Part shown: piece by piece, positions 24,801-38,200 of the stretch | Layout of the letters: every line of letters begins with the position of its first letter | Position numbering within the stretch: position 1 is the first letter of the stretch | NCBI GenBank assembly: GCA_015680685.1 | Contig: MNCI01001539.1 | Location: 580,387 to 644,386 of the forward strand | DNA from: Gnetum montanum | Taxonomy: Eukaryota; Plantae; Gnetophyta | Direction: 5' to 3' | DNA: 64,000 nucleotides | Notes under the pieces: generated by a model | Told to the model about the DNA's origin: nothing | Databases searched by the model: none | What the model saw: the letters and a program-made list of their open reading frames with translations, nothing else | Program-made: the position numbers and the translations under genes

Positions 24801-25625
24801 TTAGAAGTGTACTCCCCACCATTATCAGTTTGCAAACATTTTATTTTCAGACCTGTTTCATTTTCTACTCTTGCAACAAATGTTTTGAAAACTGAAAACA
24901 CTTCATCTTTTGATTTCAGCATATAAACCCAAACCTTCCTTGTACAATCATCTATGAAAGTTACAAAATAAATAGATCCACCAAGAGAAATGGGATTCAT
25001 AGGACCACAAACATCAGAATAAACCAATTCTAACTTATTTTTCTTTCTGTTGTCCAAATCCCTACGAAAGTTTACTCTCCTAGATTTTCCAACTAAACAG
25101 TCTTTGCAATCAGTTTGAGCATAAGAAAATACAGGAATGAGAGTTTGATTTTGAAGTACCTTTAAGCTTGACCAGCCAATGTGTCCAAGACGTCTATGCC
25201 ACACTTCAGAATTTTCTGTATCAGAAACTGTTGCAATAGAGTTGCATGAATCTGCCATCAATGTATATAAGCTGCCCTCCTTCTTTCCTTTCAGAATGGT
25301 CATGATTCCCTTGGAAATCCTCCAATGTCTATCTCCACTACTAAAATTCAGACTTGAATCATCCAGTTGTGGAATTGAAATCAACTTCTTTGTACCACCA
25401 ACTTAGATTAGATCTGAAAACACACTACAAATGCTCTAGAGAAATTATTAGAACCCTACAGATCTGAATAAATCATTAGAGGCAAAATATTGCGCTGTAG
25501 CAGGTCGAGAAACACTATAAATCACTCTCAAAACATTCTAAACTCTAGCAAACATTTGCTGTGATAACAAAATGAAAGTAGGATGAAAACAATAAAAATA
25601 GCACAAGAACATAGAGAGTTATGTG
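21839..25625 (-). mobile_element. Ty1/copia with near-intact pol (GAG-pre-integrase, INT, RT, RNase H), 3' LTR 21839-22409 and partial upstream LTR about 25407-25625
   Basis: 923-aa ORF 22613-25384 (WHRRLGH, SDVCGP, TDNGGEY, YVDDML, DANFA); PPT aagggggag; LTR TGTT...AACA; LTR sequence repeated at about 25407-25625 up to the N at 25626. Confidence 0.96.
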
Positions 25626-25626
25626 N

Positions 25627-28600
25627 ATTTGGTTCCTCTTCCTCTCATTGTTGCCATGCCTCCCTCATGCTCCTCCTAGAGCTCCTCTTGTATTTGTTGT
25701 CATAGCTCCTCTTCTAGCTCTTGCCTAGTCGTTGCCTCTGCCAAATTTCGTTGCACCCATTTTGCCCTCGCCACCTCCCTTAGCTGTTCGAGTTCTTCGC
25801 TGGAACTCCTCCTTCCTCCATCTCAGCCATTCTAGCTCCAGTTGAAATTTGTCCTGTGCTTCTCCTTATGTGCTCGCTCTACTACTTCCAAATTTGCCAA
25901 CTGCCCTATTGTTCTTGACATCCCCACTCTTTCATCCCCTCTCCCTTGCGCATTCAAAGTTCTAGCCCCCCCCACCCACCCCCTGTCCTTGGGGCCCTTC
26001 TTGCCTCTCTTGGGGCCGCAACGACTTGCCCACCTTCTTCGCCCTAGTAACCGTATGGTTTGTGCTCGTCTTTGAAGCCACCTCCTTCGACTCACTCAAA
26101 TCGATAGAGGTATCTACCACCGATGGTGGGACGCACCACCTTTGTTGTCATTTGTACACCGCCTGCACCATTGGAGCCCCAGGTGGCCCTAGGACCCTCC
26201 TTGGTGGTGCATGTCCCCTCACCGCCTACCAAAGCACAAGAATGAGCCCCGAGTGGGGCCCCCACCTTCTTTGGTGCAACACCCCCAAAAAGTAACGAGA
26301 CAGGTTCACCACAATTCCCCTCTAAAGGCACTGCAGGAAGCCAAAATGCATCCCCAGCAGCTTTCACGTGTTGCCCGAGTGGACGAAAATTCGGTCCACG
26401 AGCATCGCAGCGTCCTACTACATAAGCTCCAAAGCAAACTTAGGGACTTGTTCACTAGCCGTCTTGGGCATTATCCTTCGGAAGAACTCCCGTGCATCTT
26501 GTAGTCCTCTTACCTGCAAGTACTTGGCGATGGTTGCCTTAATGAGCATAGTTATCACCCCTTGAAACCAAGTGATATTCCCAAGCCAATTGTTATAGAA
26601 TGGCCCGTCCTCTAGGTCAAGGTTCCCTCGGCTCTAGCATTGGGGCCCAACCCATCTTGTCCACTAGATGCCACATAACCGAATTAGTGCAGTAATTCTC
26701 ACATGATGACTCGTATGTTGGAGTTACCCCCATGGCCACCTGCGCTTCCCTCCATGCTCAAAAACCTGTAGTTGCCACCTGTGCCAGTAATAGTGGAGCA
26801 ATGTCCTTGAAAATTTGGAAGTTTATGGTTTGCCACAATTGCCAGAGGATGGTTGCGGTAGGTGAGTCCTTGTCTAGCATAATCGGTAGCGAAATTCACG
26901 CAGCTTGCTTCACCCATGCCAAATAAGTACACTACCATGCAAGATGTTCCACTATTTCCTCCCTTGCCATGCAGAGGGGACATGTGGCGTTCACCCGTAA
27001 CCCCCTCCTCCACAACATGTGTTGCACGAGGATAGCACCATGTCTCATTAACCATAGAAAAAATTTAATTTTTTTAGGGAGCTTGCCTTGCCATAATTGT
27101 TGCCACCCCTTGACAACAAGGTATTGATGCTTGATTAGCTGCGTTGGCTATGCATTCATTAGCCTCAACAGTAAAATCCTTTGCATGTGCATCACTAAAG
27201 AGCACCAAAAACTTGAATCACTACTCACGGCCTTCCATTGCTGGTACTTCTGACGCGTGATTTGCACCCGCTAGGCCGGGTAACGATCTTGATCACAAAA
27301 TTGTCGTAGCAACCCTTGAAGCCCCATGGGCTAGACATTAGCAAAGCTTAGCAGTCCTAGACCTCTCGCTTGCTTTGGTCTTGCCACGGTACCCAATGCC
27401 ACTAGATGCATCCTACCATTCCCTTTACCCCCTGACCATGTGAAATTCCGCACAATGCAGTTGACTTTCTTTGTCACCTCAATCGGAAGGGAGGTGGTAG
27501 ATGCAATGAATCTAGCCATAGCCTACAGAATTGATGAAGCTAGAACCAACTTCCCCACCCTAGAAAGAAACCGAGTAGTCTAGTGACTAACTCTTTTTTG
27601 CATTCTTTTGATTAGGGATTCCCAAACCTATTTTCTGTGCCAATCATAAAGAGGTAATCCTAAGTAGGTATCCTCCCTAGACCCCAGTAAGACCTCCAAC
27701 AATTGGACAATTCTCCACCGTATTGTTTGCTCAACATTAAGCAAATGTACCAGGGGGCCCAATCTCATCGGCCATTTGGAGGAGAGCCTAGTTAATAGCA
27801 AGTACTTGGGGAATCATTACCCTAGTGAACAAGAACATATCATTAGCATAGTGTTCTACCAGGCAGTGCACACCCCCAATGATTAGGCCTCTAACCCCTT
27901 TTGACTTGCAATATGTGCTCATGGCATTCATCACAAGAATGAACAGATAGGGTGATAGGGGGTCCCCTTGTCTTAACCCCCTTTTGGGGGACGTGAACCC
28001 CCATAGTCCTCGCGCCCCCCTACCCACCCAAAATCCAAGAAGAATGCACTTGATTGCTATATATGTAGGCACAATTTCACAAAACGTGGGTGAAATTCTT
28101 ACATAACATGATTTGCTATAGGGCACTTTAGGAAACTGTGTCATACACCTTAGTTATGTCTAATTTCAAACATATGCCTAGAAACCTCGTTAATCGAAGT
28201 GAGTGCAGCACCTCCTGCACTAGAAGAATTTGATCTTGCAAATATCTACCTTTGACAAAACCAACATGTTGTTTTCCAACTAGGTGCTGCAGCATGGACG
28301 CCAGCTGTGCCACCAACATTTTTGAAAGGAGTTGGATCAAAGTGTCACACACCCCAATAGGATGAAAGTGTGTTGGGCTTAAGGAGTTTGATGACTTTGG
28401 GATCAACACCAGTTGTGAGTAGTTAATCTCACATCTCACTTGTCCCCAAAATAACATCTCATTGAATGCTTCCAAGATATTTTCCCCCATCTCATTGTAA
28501 AATGTCCGAAGAACTTCATCGGCCACCCATTAGGACTTGGTGACCTTCCCCGCTTCATGGATGCCAACGCCCCCTCCAACTCACCGCTAGTAAAGAGCAT

Positions 28601-30330
28601 CAACAACTTGTGATTGTCCTTCTCCCCAAGTACCCGCAGAATGTCGATGGAGATCAACTTCGTCTCTCACTGTTGCCAAATGGTAGACCAGTATTCCAAC
28701 AGAGCCTAAGCAACCACATGTTTCCCCTCTACAGTTTTCCCTCCATCCTCAATACAAGGTATCATCTTAGCCAAGTGAGCTAAGCGAGTTGTTGCAAAAA
28801 AGAAATGCGTATTCCTATCCCCTTCATGTAGCCATCTTACCCATCCCCTTTGCCTCCAATAAGTCTCCTCTTCTTTTTCAAGCTCATGGAGCTCCCCCAA
28901 CACCTTCCCCTTGGTCATCTTCTTGAATTTGATCTAGCTCTTAGTTCCTTTGGATTAGCTCTAGACGTTGCAAGAGCTGCCTCCTGCTGTACCGAAAGGA
29001 AAATTTGTCCTCCAACCTGATCCCACGAATGTGGTGCTTGAGCAAAGTCAACCCCTATTTGAGGAAATCTTTGGGGTCACTATCTAGACAGTAGGTCCCC
29101 CAAATATCCTCCACCAATGGTCTTAGCCATGGTTTCGTCAACCACGATTATTCGAATTTGAATGGTTAGCGTACCCTATTTTCTGGAGGTCCCAGCATAT
29201 AGACAAGGGGCCAATGATTTGATGCAACTCTTTCTTTTCCATTGATGATCACCCCATACTCGATCAACTCAACTCTGGTCATGAGCCTGTCATGCCCTTG
29301 TCTTTGCTTGTACCATGTGAATTGACACCCCCTAATCTCCACATCCACCAACCCATGTGCTGTCAGGAAATTCTGAAACTGTTGCCTCCCTTCAGGGTCC
29401 GACATGTCCCCATCAGACTTTTCCAACGAATGAAGATGCTGGTTGAAATCCCCCACCAAGATTTATTGTTGCTCGTTAGCAATGAGGGGCACACTTTGTT
29501 CTAGCTTTAGTAGGCGTTCCTCCCATTGCTAAGCCCCATAGAAGTTGGCAACCCATAAACCTTGCTGGTGGAGCTGGATATTGACACTCCACCAGCATTC
29601 ATCCACCACCCCGAAAGGCCACTTAAGACAAGGTTGCCAAGCCTCTAGCCCTCCCCTGACATGGCACACAATGGGAGTGCCAACTTGGCCAGCGCAATCA
29701 ATGAAATTCATGCTGTTGAACTTTAGTCTCTTGTAGACACACAACTTCGTAGTGCTCCTTAGGCACCATTTCCAGTAGGGTACAACGCTTGAAGGGGGTA
29801 CCTTGTCCCCTACAGTTCCATGGGAGAATCCTCATGGTTTACTGAAAGATTGACACTTATACATATGCTGGATGGTCCATTGGACCCCAGGTCAATATCA
29901 CGTTGTGCCTGCTTAGTGCAAGCCTTGGAGCCCGTTGGCCACCAACCTTTTTAGACTCTAGGGAGACAAGAAATCCCTCTGCCCTCTATGAGAAACCCCC
30001 ACATAGGATCTCTTCCATAGTTGGCAAGGGACTCCCCTTGAAAAATGATGCCCAACTCTCCAAGGGTGGGAAACCAACCCGACCCCTCGACATTTCAAAG
30101 GGTCACAGCGGCCACTTCACCAGGTGACCTTGGGGAGGCTAGACCCAAGGGGGCACTTTTCGCCCCCAGCACAGGACCGCCAAAAGTACCCGTATCAAGA
30201 CCCAAAGCACCATGAATGGGGGAAATTGGCCCCTCCTTCCACATGGCTGTAGCCAAGCAAACCCCTTCTTTGGCATTCCCTTTCTTGGCGAGAGCCCCCT
30301 CCCCAGCCATGGGCTAGGGCTGACCCTTAG
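25627..30330 (-). mobile_element. Degenerate 5'-truncated L1-type LINE (LINE-B) with C-terminal extension
   Basis: VGDFNQ, SNHWPL, WLHEGDRNTHFF, LKLDITKVYD, RGLRQGDPLSPYLF, HYANDM, RGLGL motifs. Confidence 0.9.
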
Positions 30331-32665
30331 CTTTTTCCTAAATGTTTACTGACTTTTTAAATTTTTTGACTTTTTTAGGAAGTAGAAAAAATTATTCATT
30401 GGTTCTTAGTAAGTAAGAAATCTGAGCAAGAAGGTAAGATGAATCATTCTCTTACTTTATGGTGGACAACATTGGTTAATTATCGTAATTTCTTTGTCTT
30501 GAAGATTATTTGGTGCCTGAATCAACTTTAACAAGATTTGTTGTTAAGATCTTTGGTTGTTGAATCCTTGCTTTTGTTGTTGGACCTCTCCAATCATCCT
30601 CAACACTCTTAGCTCAAAATGGCTTGGATGAGAGTTGTTTTTGGAATGATTGAAAAACACCCGTAATGAATTGGGGCATTTTTAAAACATAATGATTTGC
30701 CAACAAGGGCCAAGGATCCATGATAGAGGATTGGTTCTATTGGTAGAAAGTAAGAGCATCCTTGGGCCCATGTCTATTTTATGATTTTCTGAAATTTACA
30801 GGATTGTTGAATTCTTGATTTTTGGTTGGCAATTGGCTTCATGATTCTCTTGACTGCTAAATCCTTGGATTTGAATTTTGATTCTTATCTGTGTACCTTC
30901 TTAGGTCTGATTTTGTTATCTTTCTATGAGTCTAATTGAGTGGGAAAATCTAGGATGTAAAATGATGACTGTTAAATATTAGTGAAGTTAGTTAATGGTT
31001 GATGTTAATTTATGGTTGTTATGGTAGTGTTGTGCATCGTATTATTTTAGGTTAGCAGAGTTAAATTGAAATGAATGTTATTGTGAGTGTTCAGGAAAGA
31101 AAATACAATAATATTGTTATGCAGTTGAATGGATTTGAAATTATTGATTTATATGTTTATTGTAGCCAACTGTTGGGTGGAATGGATTTATTGATGAACA
31201 ACATCATACATATTTTATCGTTTGAGAAAAATAAAAATCTGATCCTTAAATATAAAGAAAATCAGATCTGTACATCATATTAGAGAAATCTTCCAGAGAT
31301 TTTTGCGATTGCTATTTGCTTTTCATGGTTGTCTTTTCTCAAAAATGGTTGAACTAAAATCTGATTATGGTTATGGTATTTTGTGCTGATTAGGCATGAT
31401 TTTTTGTTGATGCTAGAATGTTAGAGAATCAGAAATTATGGTTGACGAGCATTAGAATTTATTCTAGGGTTTTGTTCAAACCTTATGTGGTTGTCCATTA
31501 GAACATTAGAATTCATTCATTTATTATCATAAGCAAAATCCATGGCAGCAAAGCTGGTACCCTATTTTTTTACTAGTAGCTAAAGTATATGTGATATTAT
31601 ACACCCCAAACATTAGAAAAAGCTATAAAATTATTTGGTTTTTTGATTGATGCTGCTTATAGTTGTTTTTGTTTCTTTTGTTAAGAGTGTCGATAATTTG
31701 ATTCATGAACCATTGTTTCATAGGATTCTTGTGGTTGCTGTCCAACTGTCTGTGTAAACAAGTTTATTAATGTGCACTATCTAGTTTCTGATTTTTGATC
31801 TTACTGAACCCTGAATATTCTATCTTTGGCAATGATATTGTGAATAAATGTAGAGACTGCTATATTATTCTATATTTCAATTTGTAATTTATGAGGTACA
31901 TGTATAATATGTTTTCCTGCAATTTGATTTTTTTTATGACTATTTATGTTTTGGCTGTGCATAATTTAAGATTGTTAAGGTGAAGTAATTTAGTGAACTA
32001 GGTCATTGCTGAGGTAGAAGGCATTGGATATGATTGTAAGTTAGTTGCTTAGGACATTTGTAGTGCATCTTGGATGCATGGTATATGTGTCAAGAGATGT
32101 CAATCATAATATTGGCATTCTCTTCCTGCTAGATCATTGGGCTACTATTGCATTATACAATTTTCTGTGTTATGCTTTTGCCCTTTTTAAAAAAATGCAA
32201 ATTGATTGTTGTCCATGCTGATTTATATGCAAGTTGAATTGTTGATAATTGATTAACTGTTTGAAAAAGAAATTTCACCCTTACATTTTCAGCCAGCATA
32301 TTGGGAGTTTCAGGTTTTTAACTCTTGCTCCCTACGGTTGATATATTACAGTTACACTAGAAACTTAACAGTTAGATTTCAGCATCCTTATACATCAAAT
32401 CTTATTTCGAACAAATTCTGATATACTAAAAAATTGTAAGAATAATAAGAAATTCTTTTCAAGGAGGACTACTAATCTTTAATCACATAATAAACTTTTT
32501 TCTCTCGTTGGTCAGTGTATTGTTTTATTATATAAATCTTTCCAAACTTTACCGTATTGAATGATTTTTTTAATATTCTATTTATAAGATACGTAATTTT
32601 TAATTAGTGTACACAGACCAATCTTTATACCTTACTGGTTGGTTTGTTCAATATGGTTAATACAG

Positions 32666-32787
32666 ATGACCATAGCATTCACTTCTATAATGGCTGTATT
32701 TATCATAGAGAGGATTGATGAAAGGACTGGTGCCATGTCACTTATCCCTCTGGTAATGGTAGGCATTGTCAGCATTGCATATTGGAG
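32666..32787 (+). CDS. SAG18: Exon of SAG18/aPHC-like gene
   Basis: tacAG|ATG acceptor, AG|GTA donor; MTIAFTSIMAVFIIERIDERTGAMSLIPLVMVGIVSIAYW continues WDRLP-MTIAFTS in phase 0. Confidence 0.95.
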
Positions 32788-32880
32788 GTATACATTGTTC
32801 TTCACCTGGCCTGTTGTTAATTGTACATATGGCCTGTAAATATTAACAATTCTGATCTCAATGAAGTTTTCATATTATAG

Positions 32881-33002
32881 GTATTTTGAGGATCTTCGTC
32901 CTTATGCATTGGTGCAGTTTGTACCATGCATTGCTATTCCAGCAATGACAATTTTGCTACCTCCAATGTATACACATTCAAAATATTGGCTTTGGGCAGC
33001 AG
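32881..33002 (+). CDS. SAG18: Exon of SAG18/aPHC-like gene
   Basis: (R)YFEDLRPYALVQFVPCIAIPAMTILLPPMYTHSKYWLWAA(G); canonical splice sites, phases match neighbouring exons. Confidence 0.95.
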
Positions 33003-33789
33003 GTGCTGTTGAAAGCGTTTTTATGTTTTGCCATTTTGAGTTCCTTTTATATTGAGTAGACAGATATCTGGTTTACATAGGTGGGAAATAATAATATTAT
33101 TTTTAAGCTAGAATTTTCAAAAGCTTAACTTTCTACATGACAGATTTAATTTAAATTTCCAGGTTCTATTTATATTAGATTTTTATTAAACGTGTAGTTT
33201 GTTGGTAAGACTTTTAATTTGCATCCTTTAAGTTATAAATTTGATATCACTGGATTTTGTTAAAGCGAAGAAATTAGGTAGTAGTTATGGTTGAAATTGA
33301 AGGGGCTATCATTTGGAGTGATGGTAAGGGATTTGTTTCTCAGGTCATAAAGTATGGGTAGCATGGGCTATAGTGTGGGTGCAGCCACTCTTAAACAGGT
33401 TACACTTTAGCCCATCCACTGACCTTTTTAGGACCCTACTAGTTGGGATGAGTATTAAGCCTTTAGGTGATGATCCTCTTTTGATGGGTGAAAATGAATT
33501 TATTTTAATAAATTCAAATGAGTCTCTTTGCAAATGCAGAAAGGGACATAGTTCTAGTAAAAGGATCTTTGTTTCATTTGAACATACTTTATCTGGTGAA
33601 TAAAATGTAAATATGTATTCTCAAATCCTTCATGCAGAAAATTCTACCAATATTTCACTGGATTTTTTGATTAAATAATTGTCCTACAAAATTTTAGTGA
33701 CATTCCAAAAAACAGAATATTTTTATTTTCTTAAGAATATACATATATTTTTTCATTTAGACTTGATTAACTTTTAGTAACTCTATGTA

Positions 33790-33960
33790 ATGGGCATCTC
33801 TGAGCAGTTATATACATTTTGGCGCATTGCATGTTGGTTGGATATGCCCAAAACACCAACTGCTATAGAGTCTTGAATCTACAGTCGCAAAAGTTAGTAA
33901 TTTCTCTTAATGTATTTTGTTATGAAATCACAGTTAGAAAGAACAGTGAACGTGGTATTT
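33790..33960 (+). mobile_element. Small copia integrase C-terminal (SH3-like) fragment
   Basis: CMLVGYAQNTNCYRVLNLQSQKLVISLNV resembles the CxFxGY..KGYR..K..ISRDV consensus. Confidence 0.6.
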
Positions 33961-35239
33961 TTGTGTTGCCCATAAACTTGTTATGGTACTTGATAGGAAA
34001 GAGGAAAACACATGCTTAATATAGGAAACCAGGAAATCTGAGAAGGAAGGATCCCTCTAGGTGATGGGTGGTGTTGTTGGAACATGCCTGTAATAAAAGA
34101 AGAAAAAGGAAAATAAAAAGAAAAAACAGAAAAAAAAAAAAAACTCTTAACATATCTCTAATAACAGAAATAGAGATATATTATTTCGAAACTGAACTAT
34201 TGTTTGGTCCATCTTAAGCCCTTCGTATCTGATGGACCAGTTCAGTTTTGGTTCCGTGTCTGTTGCATAATGGCTATATATTTCAGACACAACAGATTTG
34301 GATCAAACCTATGATTTGGAGGATACAATTTTTGTGCCTTGACCAATAAGTCACAGCTCTCTGATAATTTAATTACTAGCTCTAAGTGATCTGCAGCGAC
34401 TAACTTTTCCCCTCTCTCAACGTTAAAAACAACTTCATGGACCACTTGAGGAAATATGAAACAGCTGCTAGTTGTTATCAGACACTAGCTTTGAACATGA
34501 ATTACAGATAAATTCATGAGGCTTGTTTCCTTCCTGAAACAAACGAAGGATCAGTAATCACTGCAAGGATTCAATTGTCTGGTATCTATTGAGTGATTGA
34601 GAGTTTATTTTATGAAAGTATAAGTGAGGGGTACATCAAATTTGTGTCATTGCTGCGATGAAGAAAATGCAGGCTCTGAAGTGTTATTTCCTTTCTGTTC
34701 TAAGATAGCAGGGCTTTCTTCATAACAGTTTGTTAGTCCCCAAAATGAGACCTGAACTAACCTGAATTTAAATGGTGAATTTACAGTTCAATAACCGGAC
34801 TTGCTAGATGGTTGCATACTAGTACAGCTTCAATGTTAATAATATAACAAATTAACAAATTATTGATGGTTGTAAAACTAATGAGTAATCTGGAACAAAC
34901 CAATAACTATTATAATTGATAGGGACAGAATCTGTAATGAGCACTAACATCAACACTAACAAAAATTCAGATAAAGAACTAAATTATAACTAGATCAATC
35001 AGTAGAAAACATGTTAGCCCCTATTCTCCCACCTGCATAATGGGCAGCCTTTTTTTGGTCGCTTTGCCTATGGGCTATGGTTTAGGATGCTTGGTTTGGT
35101 GGGCCCCTCAAGCCACTCTCTTTATGTCAAATCTCAGTTGATGCGAATGGTACATTACCACACTGTTTCTGTTTTCTTTGTTTCTTCACTTTTCTTTCCA
35201 ACCTTGTGAAAAAAAAATAAGAAAAAAGGAAACATGTCA

Positions 35240-38200
35240 CCAGCAAGAGGTGATTCATTTACAACAGCGGAAGGATGAGCTTAGGCATTGGATGGCAACC
35301 TAGGAACAAATGTGTTGCATAGAAATGCCAGAGCAACATGCTTGAAGGGAGAGGCACAGGAGAGCCCTAGAGGAAACAACTAGGTATTGGCTAAAGTTGG
35401 GCAACTGCTCTTATCTTGTTCTTGGCCTAAATCCCAAGACTGCTTCACATGACATTAACATGTTCGTGAAGAACAAAGCTTCTATCCTACATCTAGACAA
35501 GGGTAACTGCTTGTCACTTGAAAAGTGTGCTGAATGGATTTTTTCAAAGGCTGAAATATATGAGACAAGGTGATAAGAGTGTAACTGAATATTACATGGA
35601 TTTTTTCAAAGGTTTTCATCAAACTAAAGTCCATTGGATGAGTATGAACAAGCTTCAAACTTCTAAGGTGGATTAAAAAAGGAATTCCAACAAGAGCTTA
35701 CCTTCTATAAACTCAAACCTTGGATGAGGCTTTTGATTTAGCTGTAAAAGCTGAGAAGAAACCCCATGGCTACAACAAAGGTCCCAAGGTTTCCAAAGGC
35801 AAAGACTCCAAAGCTTCTAAAGGAGACAAAGGAGCAAAGGATAAGAGTAATGATAAAGAAGACTTACATGAAATCACTCGGAAAGGGGGCGCCCCCCCAC
35901 TCGGAAAGGGGGCGCCCCCCCACTCGGAAAGGGGGCGCCCCCCTCCCCGAAGGACAAAAACTCCACACCCCCTTAGGGGTTCGTGGGAAGCTGCCTGCAG
36001 GCACAGTCGGGGCGAATCAGCTCATGCAGAAGATCCAGAGTATTTCGGTGTTCTTTCGTGTCCATGAAACTGGTCGCCTGCTGGATACCCTGCATGGCCG
36101 CTTGCCTTCTGTTTCTGTCATCATTGAAGATGTTATTGAAATTAATTCATTTATGGGAAATGTCAATGTTAATGAGGATCCTTTGAGGAAAATGCTCTTT
36201 AGAATTGGAGCTAGGTGTCTCTCTAGTGGTCATTAGATAGACATCTTGATAGATGGTGGTGCACAAGATAATGTTATTTTTTCTAAGGCTATTGATAGAC
36301 TTGGCTTGAAGAAATTTCCTCATCCTAAGGCCTATAGAGTGTATTGGATTGCTAGAGATAATTTTCAAGAAGTAAAGGAGAGATGCATTTTTTGATTTAA
36401 TATTAGTTCTTTTAAAGATCAAATGCAATGTGACATTCTTCTCATAGATAGTGCTGATTGCATACTTGGCAAACCTTGGAATTATGATAACAAGGCTACT
36501 TATAATGAAGTAAGGAATATTTGTTCAATTCTTAGGAAAGATGAAATATGTTAGTTGATTCCTATGACATTGCAACAATATAAAGAGAATGAACCTATTA
36601 ATGATTCTTTGATTTTACTTATTGAGAAACAATATCTCAAAGCTCATGAAGGAAATGGACATGGTTTTAGTATTGTTTCCACTATAACAATATGTGAAGA
36701 GGAGTCACAAAATGAACTTCTGGCAATAGTGCAACCTTTGACACAAGTGTTTGTTGATGTCTTTAAAGGTAAATTGGAAGGGCTTCCACCAATGAGATCT
36801 ACCTAGCACCAAATTGATTTCATGCTTGGAGTAACCATTTTAAATGAGATAGCATACCGGATGACTCTACATTAGAGGGAGGAGTTACATAAGCAAGTGA
36901 ATTGCTCTCCAATGATTTTATTAAGAAGTCTATTTCTCCATGTGCTATTCCAGCCATTCTTGTTCCCAAGAAGGATACCAATGGAATGAGAATGTGCATC
37001 GATTATAGGGCTGTTAACAGGATTGCTATTAAGTGTAGATTTCCTATCCCTAGAATGGATGACATTCTTAATGTTTTGGCGAACGTTGAAATATTTTTGT
37101 AGATTGATTTGAAAAGTAGCTATAATCAAATAAGAATTAGATTGGGAGATGAATGGAAAATAACATTTAAAACATCTGATGGTTTATATGAATGATTTGT
37201 CATACCTTTTGGGCTAACTAATGCTCCGGTCATATTCATGAGGCTTATGCATAATGTTTGAGAGATCTTCTTGGAAAATGTAGCATTATTTTCTTTGATG
37301 ATAGTCTTATCTATAATTATAATAAAGATGAACATGTGAAACACTTGAGGATGATGTGCTTAAAGTTGCATGAAGGTTAATTCGTATTCAATACCAAGAA
37401 GTGTCATTTTATGAAGAGAGAAATTGTCTACCTAGGGTTATGTTGTCTCTAAGAATCAAGTCAAGACGGAGCCAAGCAAAATCAAGACAATCAAGAAATT
37501 TCCTTCACCTAAAGATGTGTGAGAGGTGAGACTTTTTTTCCTGGTTTAGCTAGTTTCTATAGAAGATTCATTAGGAATTTTAGTTCTATGGCATGATCTA
37601 TGTTTTGTTTGAAGAAGATTTCCACTTTTGTGTGGGATGATGCAAAAGAGAATTCTTTTCAAGCTCTAAAGGAGGATTCGTAGTGCTTCAGTTTTGGCAA
37701 TTCCGGACTTCTCCAAACTTTTTGAAGTGGAGGTGGATGCAAGTGGGCTTGCTATTGGAGGTGTCCTTTCTTAAGAGGGTAACCCCATTGCATTCTTTAA
37801 AAATAAAAATAAAAATGAATGAATCTAGACAAAAGTATAGTGTATACGAGAAAGAGCTATATGCTATACTTCAAGCTATCAAGCATTAGAGATATTATTT
37901 GTTGCGATTTTAATTTTATCATAGAGCACTTCAGTTTTTGAATTCTCAGAAGAAGCTAAATGCTAAACATATGAAACAGGTTGAGCAACTTCAAGAATTT
38001 CATTTTGTTTTGAAACATAGAAGTGGTAAATCCAATGTAGTTGTTGATACTTTGTCTAGAATTCATATTGCTCATTCTTGTGTTGATGTTAATGGCTTTG
38101 ATTCTTTTGCCAAATTGTATCCCAATGATACCGATTTTTGCAATATTTGATAAAAATTGAATTCTCCATTGCTAGGGAATGCTAACAAGTTAAAGACATC

